Shown in pieces: positions 10,201 through 19,290 of a stretch of 64,000 nt of DNA. A program made the position numbers and the translations under genes. The DNA is from Diplonema japonicum (Eukaryota; Protista; Euglenozoa: Diplonemea): positions 744,001 through 808,000 of the forward strand of contig OZ025657.1 in NCBI GenBank assembly GCA_964019335.1, in the 5' to 3' direction. Each line of letters starts with the position of its first letter. Position 1 is the first letter of the stretch. Below the pieces are notes generated by a model, which worked only from the letters and a program-made list of their open reading frames with translations, had not been told where the DNA came from and searched no databases.

Positions 10201-13200
10201 AGGGGAAAGGACATCGTCGAGAAGCGATTCAAGCAACAGTACGAACGGGCGAAGAAAGTACCGGCATCAAGCACCTACGAGCAAAAGCGAAGAAGCAAAA
10301 CCCAGTGCAGACGCAGATCTTAAGCATTCTGGTGAAGAGGAATGCAGCACAATACCCACGAAAAATGCAGAGGGGAAACCCAAGAGCTGCTCAAGCTCCG
10401 ACAGTGGAATAAAACGACTTTCTAAGCACGAAACAGCTGCTGGTAAGCAGAAAAGTAAGCACGCAACCTCAAATGAAGACACACTCCAGCACTTGTCTGG
10501 GGCTTCGCTGCCGCACCACTTGCAAGGCTTGCAAGGAACTCTTGCCCCGTCGGAGATGCTCAGGAGGAAGAAAACAAGACATGCCTCAGGCTCCGACTCT
10601 AGTAGTAGTACCATCAGTGAACAGCAGGAGCAGGGGCATAAAAAGCACTTTAAGAGAAATAAAAACCTCGAAGAGCATGCGACCTCTAAACGTGACAGCG
10701 AAGTGGCGCTGCCTGGTCTTCAGGAAACTGAAGATACACGGCATATCTCAGACTCCGATTCAAGTACTTCGCAGCTACCTGGCATCATGAGTGGGAACAA
10801 GGACCTAGGAGCACAAAGCACTCAATCAAGTGGCGGTACACCTCCACATCACGTACAAGGCTTACAACCTAGGGCTAAGGATGGAACATCCAAGAAGAAA
10901 AAGAATGAAAAAGACAAAAAACGAGACAGTAGTTCCAGCAGCCATTCAAGCAGCTCAGAATGTGACATCGTGAACAAGCAGAGTTCACAAAGAGTATCAA
11001 TGAAGAGCCCCGAACAAAGCGGCCCTAGTTCAGATACTTGTACCGAGCGAGAGGCTCAGACAGAGGACAGCAGCTCCATCAGTTCTGACAACGCTAAAAA
11101 GTGGTCGCAAGCATTGGGCGAGCTTCGTGTCTCACAGCGAGAAGTACCGCAACCTGATGCAAAGAAGACGAAAGCACACGTACCCAAAGAACAAACGTCA
11201 GTACCGACTACCCGCAGTTCAACTACAGGCCATTCGGAACCTGTTGGTATCTTGGCATATGAGGATGATGCACCGAGTATGGAGGATGCAGTAGTTGCCC
11301 ACAACAGCGGAACACGCACTCCTGGGATAATTACTGGCTATGAATCTAGCAATAGTGCTGGTTCTGGGAGAGAAGACCCTGCCTACCGGCAGCCGGTGCA
11401 GAAGAGGCTCAATCCTGAACACAACGAATCAACCAAAGCAAGCAGCTCAACTTCGGGTTCTAGTAGCGACCGGAAGTCTCAGGAATCTCGGAGAAAGTTT
11501 AGCAAGCAGGGGGAGTCAAAACCATGGCAGGATTATAGCACGTCAAAACAAAGTACTTCTGGTCCGCAGCTACCAAAAGCGCAGGAATCGGCGCATGTAC
11601 TGCAGTCTGATCAGAGGAAGGATGATGCAAACGTCTCGCAAAGCTCTGATTCAAGCAGTTCCAGCAGCACTAAAGAAAGGTTACAACCGTCTCGGCTAAA
11701 CGAGCAGGCACCCGGCACGGGGGGAGAAAGGTCAAGCAAAAGAACAGACCCTAGGCTTGCTGATGAGGACACACCACAGCAGCATTTATCAAGTGCTTCA
11801 CTGCCACACCATCTCCAGGGCTTGCAAGGATCTCATGGAAGTGCTCCTACTGCTTTACTGAAGGCAAAAAAAAAGAAAAGAAAGAAGCAAAAAACGACAA
11901 AAAACTACGCCTCGAACAGTGAAAAGACTTCTCAGCCAGACGAAGCACTCGATCACACAAATCCAAAGCGTGCTAGGGACGCGCCCCAATCAGGCAGATT
12001 GCAGAGAACTACTTCGCTGCGGAGGCACGCAACGGATACAGGTAACAGCACTGACAGCTCTGCCTCAAGCAGCTCAAGCAGTGATGATGCACAGTCGTGG
12101 CAGCCTGTTGAGCAACAGCACGGGGTACCAAGCACGGGTGACAAGCGTAAAAAAATGCCAAGCAAACTCACTTCGCCAATCGATGCAGAGCCTGCCCAAG
12201 AGGGGGGAACCATTCACGGTTCAGGTGGACACAAACTGGCAGAACGCAGCGCAAGGAACCCTCTTCAATCTGATGCTCGCGTGTTGCAACAGGGCTTCAA
12301 GACACCAATCGAGAATTCAAGCAGTTTTTCTCCAGCAATGGTGGAGTCTACAAAACAGAAGACTGCCAAAGATGATAGCCTCAGGGTGCGGAAACAGACA
12401 GGGAAGCCTTCGGTAAACCCCAGTGAGAGTTGTCCCGAAGAAGAGCTTGTGGACTTCAGCAACCCCAGTGGCACCGTACAGAGAGGTGAGACTGACCTCG
12501 TTGCCACACCAGGCATTATGCACGCCTCTTCCAGTACTAGTAGTTCCAGCAGCCCCGAGAAGTCGGATGTTTACGGGAGACAGAGCTTTGTCACGGTGAA
12601 GCAAAAGCGAGTCCGTTCCCAAACACCGCAAGACGGTTTGGTCTACAGTGCTTCAAACATCAGTGAAGGCTTTGTTGATCCTGAGGCGTGTGAAGAAGTC
12701 TTGGCAGGCAACCGCAGGGACCCAGAGCAATTAGTCTCCTCCACGACTTTTGCTGATGTGCAGGCCTCAAGCCCGTCAGCATCCAGCAGCACGAGTCATA
12801 CAAGTACACATATTACGCCGGTGTTGAGACAGTCCCAGAGGAGCACTACAGAGGTGTCGAAGGAGGTTTCTTGGCAGGATATGCAGGACATATCGATGAA
12901 GCTTCCTGACGAAGCACATATTTCAGCATCGACCTTTGACCAGCGTTCAAGCCACAGCACAGCCAGTGATTTCTGGACAGTCCCGCAACGCAGGAGATCC
13001 AAGAGTAAGAAGAACCTCGAGAATGAGGTGCGTGCTGTGCTGAACGGTACAGTGACCTCTCTTCCGAGGCGGAGCATGTCGCGTACTTCGAGTGGTTTCA
13101 CAGATTCTGACAATGGAGCAAAGAACGCTAGTTCCGAAAAAGTATCTGCTCCAAGCATGCCTTCAAGTTACCCAAGTGTTGAAGAGCCCACACCTAGAAC

Positions 13201-16200
13201 ACAGGGTTTGCACGCTGCCATTGATCGAATTGGGTTTGGCTTAGACCCTGGCGAGGTGCCCCCCGATATTGATCTGACGTGGAAAGGGATATGGAAGCGC
13301 CCGCATAGCTTTAACATTCCTAAAAATGACAGTGGCCCACGTGGCCGTATCATGCGGAAGACACGGTCGGAGCCCAGTGTTGCATCTGTGCGAGAAACTA
13401 GGGCTGACAAACAGAGCCCCCAAAGGACTCAAGAAGAAGAAGAAGCAGAAACCCTTCGACAACAACTGGAGAGCCTGAAGCTTGATGACCTGGTACGTGA
13501 TGTCGGCGACACAGGGTCCTCTGATGAGCAAGCACCGCCACACCAAACAAAACGGCGGTATAAACCAAGGAAGAAGAACAAGGACTTGCTAATACTCGCC
13601 CGGGCTGTGCAGGGGTTGCAGCGAGCGATAGCTAAGAAACCTGTAATGCAAGATGAGTCCATGTCACGTGATGAGCGGGCTTATGCCAGAAACGAGACGA
13701 GAATCGACCTTGACGAGCTCCGCAAGCAGTCCCACGAGGCTGCCGACGCCCTCGAGACCAGGTTACTCTCGTATATCGAAACGGAGCTCCACCCTAGTGA
13801 GGTCGACAAGATTGAGCTCACCATCCGAGAGGCCTTCAACTACCACCACACGGACTTCTCTGGTTTGTTCAAGCGCTTGAGCACTGTCGTTGATGGTAAC
13901 AAGAGCGCTGCGCACATCCAAGGCCTGTCCATGATGTTGAAGTTCATGAACGGTTTAGACTACCAGAACAAGAACAAACGAGCGGGCGAGCTTTTTCTTC
14001 ACCTCACAGCGATGCTTGCGAAGCACAAGTCAGCGCTCCCGTACGGCTTTACGTTGGAGAATATCTGCTTCGATCACCACTATATGAAAAACCTGAGCAA
14101 GATATCTGAGTACCCCCTACACATGCTGATGATCATCATTAAGTATGGCGGCGAGAGGAGCCGACACAATGCATCTGTCTTGCTAACAAAAGTTGTGGCG
14201 TACATCAACCAGGCTTGTGCTGACGCTGCAAATAGCTACGACAAAGATAGAAGAGAAGATGAAGAGTCTGAGCTGGATAGGGAGCGGTACTGCGGTGCGT
14301 GGGTGTTTGGAGAAGGCACCGAGTCAGTGTTCGTGAATGATAGGTCTTCCACTCCAAGGGACATCGCCAGAAGAATCCCTGATGATACAGGTGGGGAACA
14401 GTTGCAGTCCTTTATGACTTCGGTGATTATCGAAGAGCAAGCCAGCAACCAGATGTCGGAGGTCGAAGAGCAACCCGTCAGCACAGAGCCCGGCAAAGCA
14501 CGTCAGCGGTCTAAGTCCACTGTGTTCGGCATAGCTGCCAACGCCATCACGCAGTTCCAAATTGCTAGTTTCTGGAGCTCGAAAGCTCGCTCACGCAAGC
14601 TGACCACTCCAGCTTTGCAACCAGAGGAGGCAAGACCACCGCCCAGGGAAATATGCCGGAAGTGCGGTGCTGAGGAAGCTAGCGAAGAGTGCATTGAGGA
14701 TGGTGTGTTGGGCAGGGGACCACATGCTTTTGAGTCGCTGGTGCGGTGCACCCCTCTTGAATTTGCAACACGGCTTAGGTTGCCTCATGTTGTAAAGGCA
14801 ATTTTAGGGATCGGGCAGAGATGGAAGGGTGTGGTAACGCGCGAGGACGATTGGGCAACAGGCGTGTCTCGCGATGGCGACGATTTCTCCTGCGAGCGCT
14901 ACGTCGACGTATGGAAGGCAGCTGGTACTGAGGATCTAAGCTTCCTAAACAATTTCCCAACACGTGAGCATCAGGAACGTGTGCCAGTCTTACACTTTAT
15001 TTTACGTTCCATGAAGTATCTCCATGAACCTCTGCTCTCCCAGTTCGTGAAGCAAGACAAACCTCAAGACGTGAAGCCGAATTCTCGTTTCTGGCCTGCC
15101 AGCTATTCCCCCGGATCTGGCAAGGACCTTGACGAAGGATCCTTCTCGCTCTCCGCTGAAGACGAAGCGGGCTTCGAGATAGTGCAGCACCTCCTTGCCT
15201 CTTGCGAGTTCGACAGACGAATGGAAACAAGAGACAGCACTAATCACCAAATTATCGTTAAGGAGTCTGATCAAACCTTCGCTTCGTCCCAGCGAGGGGT
15301 TGTGATACAGCCAAAGAAGTACCGCAGAATTACACAGCTGTACGACAGGTGTGGCTTGTTTGAGAAAGCGAACCACATGATGGGTCTAGCGCTGCTCATG
15401 CAGAAGGCGCCCACAGAGGTCGGGTTTGTGTTCGATGAAGGTTTGCTGCAAAGTGCACCGTACTCAATTGTTGAGCTCAACCAGCGTATCAGCGATCATC
15501 ATAACGCAACACCTTCACTTCTACTGCAGTGCAGACATCTTTGGAGGTGCACACGTACGGGTGTCGAGATATTAGTTTATGACACAGAGCTTACCCTGCT
15601 GCACTGGCTGTGCTTAATCGGCGATACAAATCTGCTGACGGTATTCCTCAGAGCAACAGAAGCTGCTGACAAGGAGCAGCTCCTTGACTTTCTTTTCACG
15701 CGCACCTGCAAACTGGGTTGGACACCCGCGCACTATGCCGTGTACAGCGACAGCATAGAATGCCTGAATATACTTATGGACACAGCAAGGAGAGCTTTTG
15801 GGACATCGACACTCAACCTCGTTGCCGACGCACCTGCACACATAGGGCACACTATCAAAGGTTCTGCACGACAGATGGCGGCAGCTAGTGTTGCCATAGA
15901 GACGCTTACCGCGGAGCACGTTGAAAACATCGCAAACATACTACTGCATGATCCCACAACAGACCCAAGTCTTAAGTCACACTCTCCCAAAGGGTTTGCC
16001 CTCTACGGCTCAACAAGCAGTACAGGCACAACACCTCTGCACTTGGCCACGTTGTTCTGCCACCAAGGTTGCCTCCACAACTTACTTGATGCAGGAGCAG
16101 ACCCCGTGCTTAAGACCCCCGTTGAGGAGATGGACCCGCATGACACTGCAGTGGCACTGTATAGCAGGATGCAACTTCAGGATGAGCTGAAGCGAAGGGG

Positions 16201-18631
16201 TGGCATGGGGTTAAACGAGACGAAGGAACGCGAGAATATGGAAAGTGCCTTGGCAGCGACCATCAACCGATTGCACCAAGAAAAGGGTGTGCAGAAGAAG
16301 CTACGGGGTATGGCCGCGCGGTACGCCATCTCGCAGATCCTCCCGCACTTGATCTTCGTTGTGCTGTTAGGCATTTTCGCCACCTCACTCCGCAGCAGCG
16401 ATGATTACCTTGCCGTGAACGCAATGAACGAAGGCATCCTGCGAGAGGAGTTCATTCATGAGCGAAACGTGTCGCTGCAGGTCTTCAGCGAGATTGCTGA
16501 GTTTGAAGACCTGCATCTGTGGCTGCAGGGACCGTTTCTTGGGCAGTTGTTTCCTGGGGCGAGCACAGGGCTGTTCCTTGGGTACTGGGAGTTGGTCGGG
16601 AGCATAAGACTGTCACAGGTTAGAGGAGAGCAAGGCAACTGCAACCTGCCGTCATGGTGGTTCGCGGAGGGTGCGTCTGAGGCTGTGCGGACTAAGTTCA
16701 GAGAGAAATGCTACACAAGCGCATCTGGGAGCATCGATGCAAGCCTCACGGACGTGACATACTTCTCAAGGAAGACTGGGAGGGAATGGTCTTTGGTGCC
16801 TAACCATGCACCGGATGGAAACTACACCTTCGATATCCCTAACAACGGAGTAGAAGCAGAGCGCATCATTAAGAGCTTGCAGACAGATAACATCATCGAC
16901 GCTTTCACGCGTGCAGTGTTCATCTGGATGGTGGTCTATAACCCGTCCACAAACACCTTCGCCACTGTTACCGCTCTGGTTGAGATCCCCCTTGAGGGCA
17001 CACTCTACCCTTATTGGGATGTTTCGGTTGTTCCATCCCGTACCTTCTCTCTTTCGGGGGCTGAGGTCTTCTTCTACGTTGTCTTTGTCATCTACTTGCT
17101 CTGCTACACGCTGTACAACACTGTGGTGGAACTAGCTGACCTGTACGCAGCATACCTTCTCTTTAAAAAAGAGAGAGAGAGAAGAAGGAGGCAAGGCGGC
17201 GGAGATCAAAAGTTGAATTCACCAACAAAGCAACAGCTAGACCCCACACCGCCCAGTGCCAATCCCCTGGCTGACACAAGCAATGACATGTCGCACCCTT
17301 TGCTCCCTGAAGGGACGAAGGGCTCCCCTCCAGGGTCGCCACTTGCATCTACCAAAACAAAGATGCCGAAGACGAAGGTGAAGAGGAGGATCAGCAAAAG
17401 AGAACAAGAGATGGCAGTGCGTTCTAGGGCAACAATAGAGCGGCAGCCAACGCCTGTGGTAATTGCACAGCTGTCGGGTCTCATTAAAATATTTTACAAG
17501 TATTTCACAGAAGACTGGAATTTCTTAGACATCGTGTGCCTTGTGACTATCTACTTAGGGATAGTGACGCACGTGACACTCCTACAAAAACGGACAGAGA
17601 TGCTAGACGAGGTGAACCAGTTCCCCCCTTTTGACGCTAGTGGCGTAGAGACGACACACTTCTACACTGCGATATCGCCGGTGAAGGACTGGACGGTGCG
17701 ACAGAATGCAATTGTTGCAATTGCGTTCATCGTGCATACGATGAAGCTGTTGAAGTATGTGACGCTGGTGCCTGTTGTGGGGCCTGTGGTGAGCGCCATT
17801 GTCAACACATCGACATCGTTGAACGTGGCGGTGTTCCTCTTCGTGTGGCAATTCCTTACAGTGGTCTTTGCCTTTGGGCTGAACATTATATTGGGAGAGA
17901 ATGTAGACGGCTACAAGTCTCTCTACGACACGTTCTACACAGTGCAGCGACATGTCTTGTCGGACTTCGACGACTTTGAACTATACTACAGCACGCACAC
18001 CCGCCTCGGCCCATTCATGTGGCTGGCCGTAACTTACATCTGCCACCTGCTCCTTCTCAACCTCTTCATAGCTGTTATTTCTGTCGATTACACCATCAAC
18101 CTTGCCACTGCTACTGACGACTGGGCATGGACCCTCCTAGAGACTTATAAGGTACGAGGCCTTAACCTCATTGACCTCACGGGCTCACTTGGCGGTGCAG
18201 GCATGTGGTACCACCTAGGGAAGCTGATCAATTCTTCGTTCCTCATGAAACGGGGCTACCCGTTTAACAGGTTAGTCATGGCGAAAGTCAAACTGGATAT
18301 AGAAAACGGTAAAAACCCTGCCGAGCAGGACGTCAAGTATTTTGAACGGCACCGACACCTCAACGACTGGCACGTGGTGTGGCCCAGAGTGATGCAAGAG
18401 CAAAGAAAGGTGGAAGAGCACTCTGTTTCTGCGGCGAAAATGGTGAATTCACCGGAGTACGACAATAAGCCCAGGCATAGAAACCACACAGACGACTTTA
18501 ACGACGAACCTTCACAGAGCATTGCACAGATGAGCTTGCACTCGCCGAGACGCCACCGACCCCAAGCAAGTCAGCCTTCTTCAAGGGCTAGCAGCTTCTC
18601 CAGGGCCAATTCCAGTGTGCCCAATAGATAA
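7223..18631 (+). CDS. 3802-aa ankyrin-repeat + polycystin-2 (TRPP/PKD2)-like cation channel with a huge disordered N-terminus
   Basis: TOP/polycystin domain motifs (WLQGPFL..LF, LVGSIRLSQVR, IDAFTRAVFIWMVVYNPSTNTF); S3 'EDWNFLD'; S4 'KLLKY'; pore 'VQRHVLSDFD'; S6 'LLNLFIAVI'. Ankyrin repeats TLLHWLC, GWTPAHYAV, GTTPLHLA..GADP (15590-16110). N-terminal Cys/His knuckle CSRGH..CTCC..CHACDYVACPAC. Confidence 0.88.
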   Translation: MADRSTPPLLSRKDDTSTPRQCSRGHNLSVIDNKQRTRCTCCINTFKSSFGYCHACDYVACPACMGVDLLSIPSPTSTHMSPRGLTSKKSSSSSSVSSRFTSPKTASPKHVSPAPVPPRLQALHGFSPVGTPVFSDPGNPEVSLTVAQLQRSNSRESPDEKHPQPVSSPSSSSLSQPNPSVACQTSAASAALNKTPQHPQPLLPAALSTTMNPYGLPPPPDRQALQHLNPPPVPSYAPPQFAGANPTKAPVAGKIESSTSSSSSESVEQIIDPKTKSKETPRGKDPSQQAHHIAGGSVPHHLQGLQVKVSSTPGTQPIHREREKKKASVRDSDSSDSSSSSSEKQHSQSGAVSTGVKQEEKSPSRSTAPKQVNEDAPQQQVSGALLPYHLQDLLGATSVPPEKKSGSSTSDSSCSGNEKDKPKKQSGQHETRPDCGEQGKGKPGADMDPKHSGSKVPQPSGEEHESKREQEAQDTSSDNSDSSSSGSDREWLWRQPHETPDKQKEKPSGPMQPLSGPSVPHHLQGLQRAVLSRPASEEEEEEEGEDTSSSSSNSEREVRQRRRSKKKKEARKSSKKHDSSNPDSSSSGNSKRRERHTRHLLKARKQSSSDTESSNQKKKEKANPRRKTDTSSEEVRRESNQDETSDRQSKHSSSSGSSNAQTREKDYKRNKSSSSSNTDSSNSNRKQQPSQHAAVSTGGKQKREHPTPKLVNEDAPQQQVSGALLPHHLQDLLGATSAPPEKKKKKQKKEKRMTVASSNSGVHADSGEHGKGKSRADMQVSQPSGEEHESKREQGLWRQQHETPDTGRKQKERPSGPMRPLSGPSVPHHLQGLQRAVLSRPASEAKEEEGEDTSSSSSNSEREVRQRRRSKEEHTSGNASAHPDSGEHGKGKPGADMDPKHSGSKVPQPSGEEHESKREQEAQDTSSDNSDSSSSGSDREWLWRQPHETPDKQKEKPSGPMQPLSGPSVPHHLQGLQRAVLSRPASEAKEGEEGERTSSRSDSSNSTNGRRKYRHQAPTSKSEEAKPSADADLKHSGEEECSTIPTKNAEGKPKSCSSSDSGIKRLSKHETAAGKQKSKHATSNEDTLQHLSGASLPHHLQGLQGTLAPSEMLRRKKTRHASGSDSSSSTISEQQEQGHKKHFKRNKNLEEHATSKRDSEVALPGLQETEDTRHISDSDSSTSQLPGIMSGNKDLGAQSTQSSGGTPPHHVQGLQPRAKDGTSKKKKNEKDKKRDSSSSSHSSSSECDIVNKQSSQRVSMKSPEQSGPSSDTCTEREAQTEDSSSISSDNAKKWSQALGELRVSQREVPQPDAKKTKAHVPKEQTSVPTTRSSTTGHSEPVGILAYEDDAPSMEDAVVAHNSGTRTPGIITGYESSNSAGSGREDPAYRQPVQKRLNPEHNESTKASSSTSGSSSDRKSQESRRKFSKQGESKPWQDYSTSKQSTSGPQLPKAQESAHVLQSDQRKDDANVSQSSDSSSSSSTKERLQPSRLNEQAPGTGGERSSKRTDPRLADEDTPQQHLSSASLPHHLQGLQGSHGSAPTALLKAKKKKRKKQKTTKNYASNSEKTSQPDEALDHTNPKRARDAPQSGRLQRTTSLRRHATDTGNSTDSSASSSSSSDDAQSWQPVEQQHGVPSTGDKRKKMPSKLTSPIDAEPAQEGGTIHGSGGHKLAERSARNPLQSDARVLQQGFKTPIENSSSFSPAMVESTKQKTAKDDSLRVRKQTGKPSVNPSESCPEEELVDFSNPSGTVQRGETDLVATPGIMHASSSTSSSSSPEKSDVYGRQSFVTVKQKRVRSQTPQDGLVYSASNISEGFVDPEACEEVLAGNRRDPEQLVSSTTFADVQASSPSASSSTSHTSTHITPVLRQSQRSTTEVSKEVSWQDMQDISMKLPDEAHISASTFDQRSSHSTASDFWTVPQRRRSKSKKNLENEVRAVLNGTVTSLPRRSMSRTSSGFTDSDNGAKNASSEKVSAPSMPSSYPSVEEPTPRTQGLHAAIDRIGFGLDPGEVPPDIDLTWKGIWKRPHSFNIPKNDSGPRGRIMRKTRSEPSVASVRETRADKQSPQRTQEEEEAETLRQQLESLKLDDLVRDVGDTGSSDEQAPPHQTKRRYKPRKKNKDLLILARAVQGLQRAIAKKPVMQDESMSRDERAYARNETRIDLDELRKQSHEAADALETRLLSYIETELHPSEVDKIELTIREAFNYHHTDFSGLFKRLSTVVDGNKSAAHIQGLSMMLKFMNGLDYQNKNKRAGELFLHLTAMLAKHKSALPYGFTLENICFDHHYMKNLSKISEYPLHMLMIIIKYGGERSRHNASVLLTKVVAYINQACADAANSYDKDRREDEESELDRERYCGAWVFGEGTESVFVNDRSSTPRDIARRIPDDTGGEQLQSFMTSVIIEEQASNQMSEVEEQPVSTEPGKARQRSKSTVFGIAANAITQFQIASFWSSKARSRKLTTPALQPEEARPPPREICRKCGAEEASEECIEDGVLGRGPHAFESLVRCTPLEFATRLRLPHVVKAILGIGQRWKGVVTREDDWATGVSRDGDDFSCERYVDVWKAAGTEDLSFLNNFPTREHQERVPVLHFILRSMKYLHEPLLSQFVKQDKPQDVKPNSRFWPASYSPGSGKDLDEGSFSLSAEDEAGFEIVQHLLASCEFDRRMETRDSTNHQIIVKESDQTFASSQRGVVIQPKKYRRITQLYDRCGLFEKANHMMGLALLMQKAPTEVGFVFDEGLLQSAPYSIVELNQRISDHHNATPSLLLQCRHLWRCTRTGVEILVYDTELTLLHWLCLIGDTNLLTVFLRATEAADKEQLLDFLFTRTCKLGWTPAHYAVYSDSIECLNILMDTARRAFGTSTLNLVADAPAHIGHTIKGSARQMAAASVAIETLTAEHVENIANILLHDPTTDPSLKSHSPKGFALYGSTSSTGTTPLHLATLFCHQGCLHNLLDAGADPVLKTPVEEMDPHDTAVALYSRMQLQDELKRRGGMGLNETKERENMESALAATINRLHQEKGVQKKLRGMAARYAISQILPHLIFVVLLGIFATSLRSSDDYLAVNAMNEGILREEFIHERNVSLQVFSEIAEFEDLHLWLQGPFLGQLFPGASTGLFLGYWELVGSIRLSQVRGEQGNCNLPSWWFAEGASEAVRTKFREKCYTSASGSIDASLTDVTYFSRKTGREWSLVPNHAPDGNYTFDIPNNGVEAERIIKSLQTDNIIDAFTRAVFIWMVVYNPSTNTFATVTALVEIPLEGTLYPYWDVSVVPSRTFSLSGAEVFFYVVFVIYLLCYTLYNTVVELADLYAAYLLFKKERERRRRQGGGDQKLNSPTKQQLDPTPPSANPLADTSNDMSHPLLPEGTKGSPPGSPLASTKTKMPKTKVKRRISKREQEMAVRSRATIERQPTPVVIAQLSGLIKIFYKYFTEDWNFLDIVCLVTIYLGIVTHVTLLQKRTEMLDEVNQFPPFDASGVETTHFYTAISPVKDWTVRQNAIVAIAFIVHTMKLLKYVTLVPVVGPVVSAIVNTSTSLNVAVFLFVWQFLTVVFAFGLNIILGENVDGYKSLYDTFYTVQRHVLSDFDDFELYYSTHTRLGPFMWLAVTYICHLLLLNLFIAVISVDYTINLATATDDWAWTLLETYKVRGLNLIDLTGSLGGAGMWYHLGKLINSSFLMKRGYPFNRLVMAKVKLDIENGKNPAEQDVKYFERHRHLNDWHVVWPRVMQEQRKVEEHSVSAAKMVNSPEYDNKPRHRNHTDDFNDEPSQSIAQMSLHSPRRHRPQASQPSSRASSFSRANSSVPNR
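8537..10184 (+). repeat. Recent intragenic segmental duplications in the channel N-terminus
   Basis: ~8537-8834 is repeated essentially identically at ~9887-10184 (offset 1350); ~8336-8430 recurs at ~9353-9447; ~8741-8915 recurs near 9661-9835. Confidence 0.9.
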
Positions 18632-19290
18632 TTCCTTTTTTTGTTTTTGTTTTTGTTTAGAACGCGAGCATCTTGACCTGTTCCAAGGTGGAAAAAAAAG
18701 AAAAGCGGTATTTTTTCTTTCTTTCTTCTTCTTGTTCTTTCTTCTTATGTAGTTGGTATTATTGCTATTATTCTTTTTGTTTACACCACAAGCGGCAAGA
18801 TCCTGTCGAAGGCATCGCTTTGTGAAGGATTCTTGACATCAAAGCCTGTGGCCTTCAAAGAGTTTGATCGCTACACAGTGTAAACCGATACCCGGAAGGC
18901 TGACGCGTTCTGTTCGCCATGAAAAAAAAGAAAGCAGGCAAATTATTCAAAGCTATCAGATCACGGAAGTGCCTTGCTCAACGACACAGTCGAGGCCCAC
19001 CTCCGGTTTCCAAATTGGGTTTGAGTGCTGCCTCTTGGCCTCTTGGATTTCTCGAAACACGTTCGTGAATCACCCGGATGTGGCTACTAAATGTTGTTCA
19101 ACTGATGTTCTGCACTGGCAGGCTCTTGTGAGCTCTTTTTTTGAAACCAAACTACTCAGTTAACAACTTACACTTACACGAACACAAAAGAAAATAAATA
19201 AAACGCAAGCGCTTCTGCGCAACAAAAAACATACGCAGACCAAGAACTAAGACAGAAATACAAGCGCAACAAAAGAAAGGGGTGGGCAGG

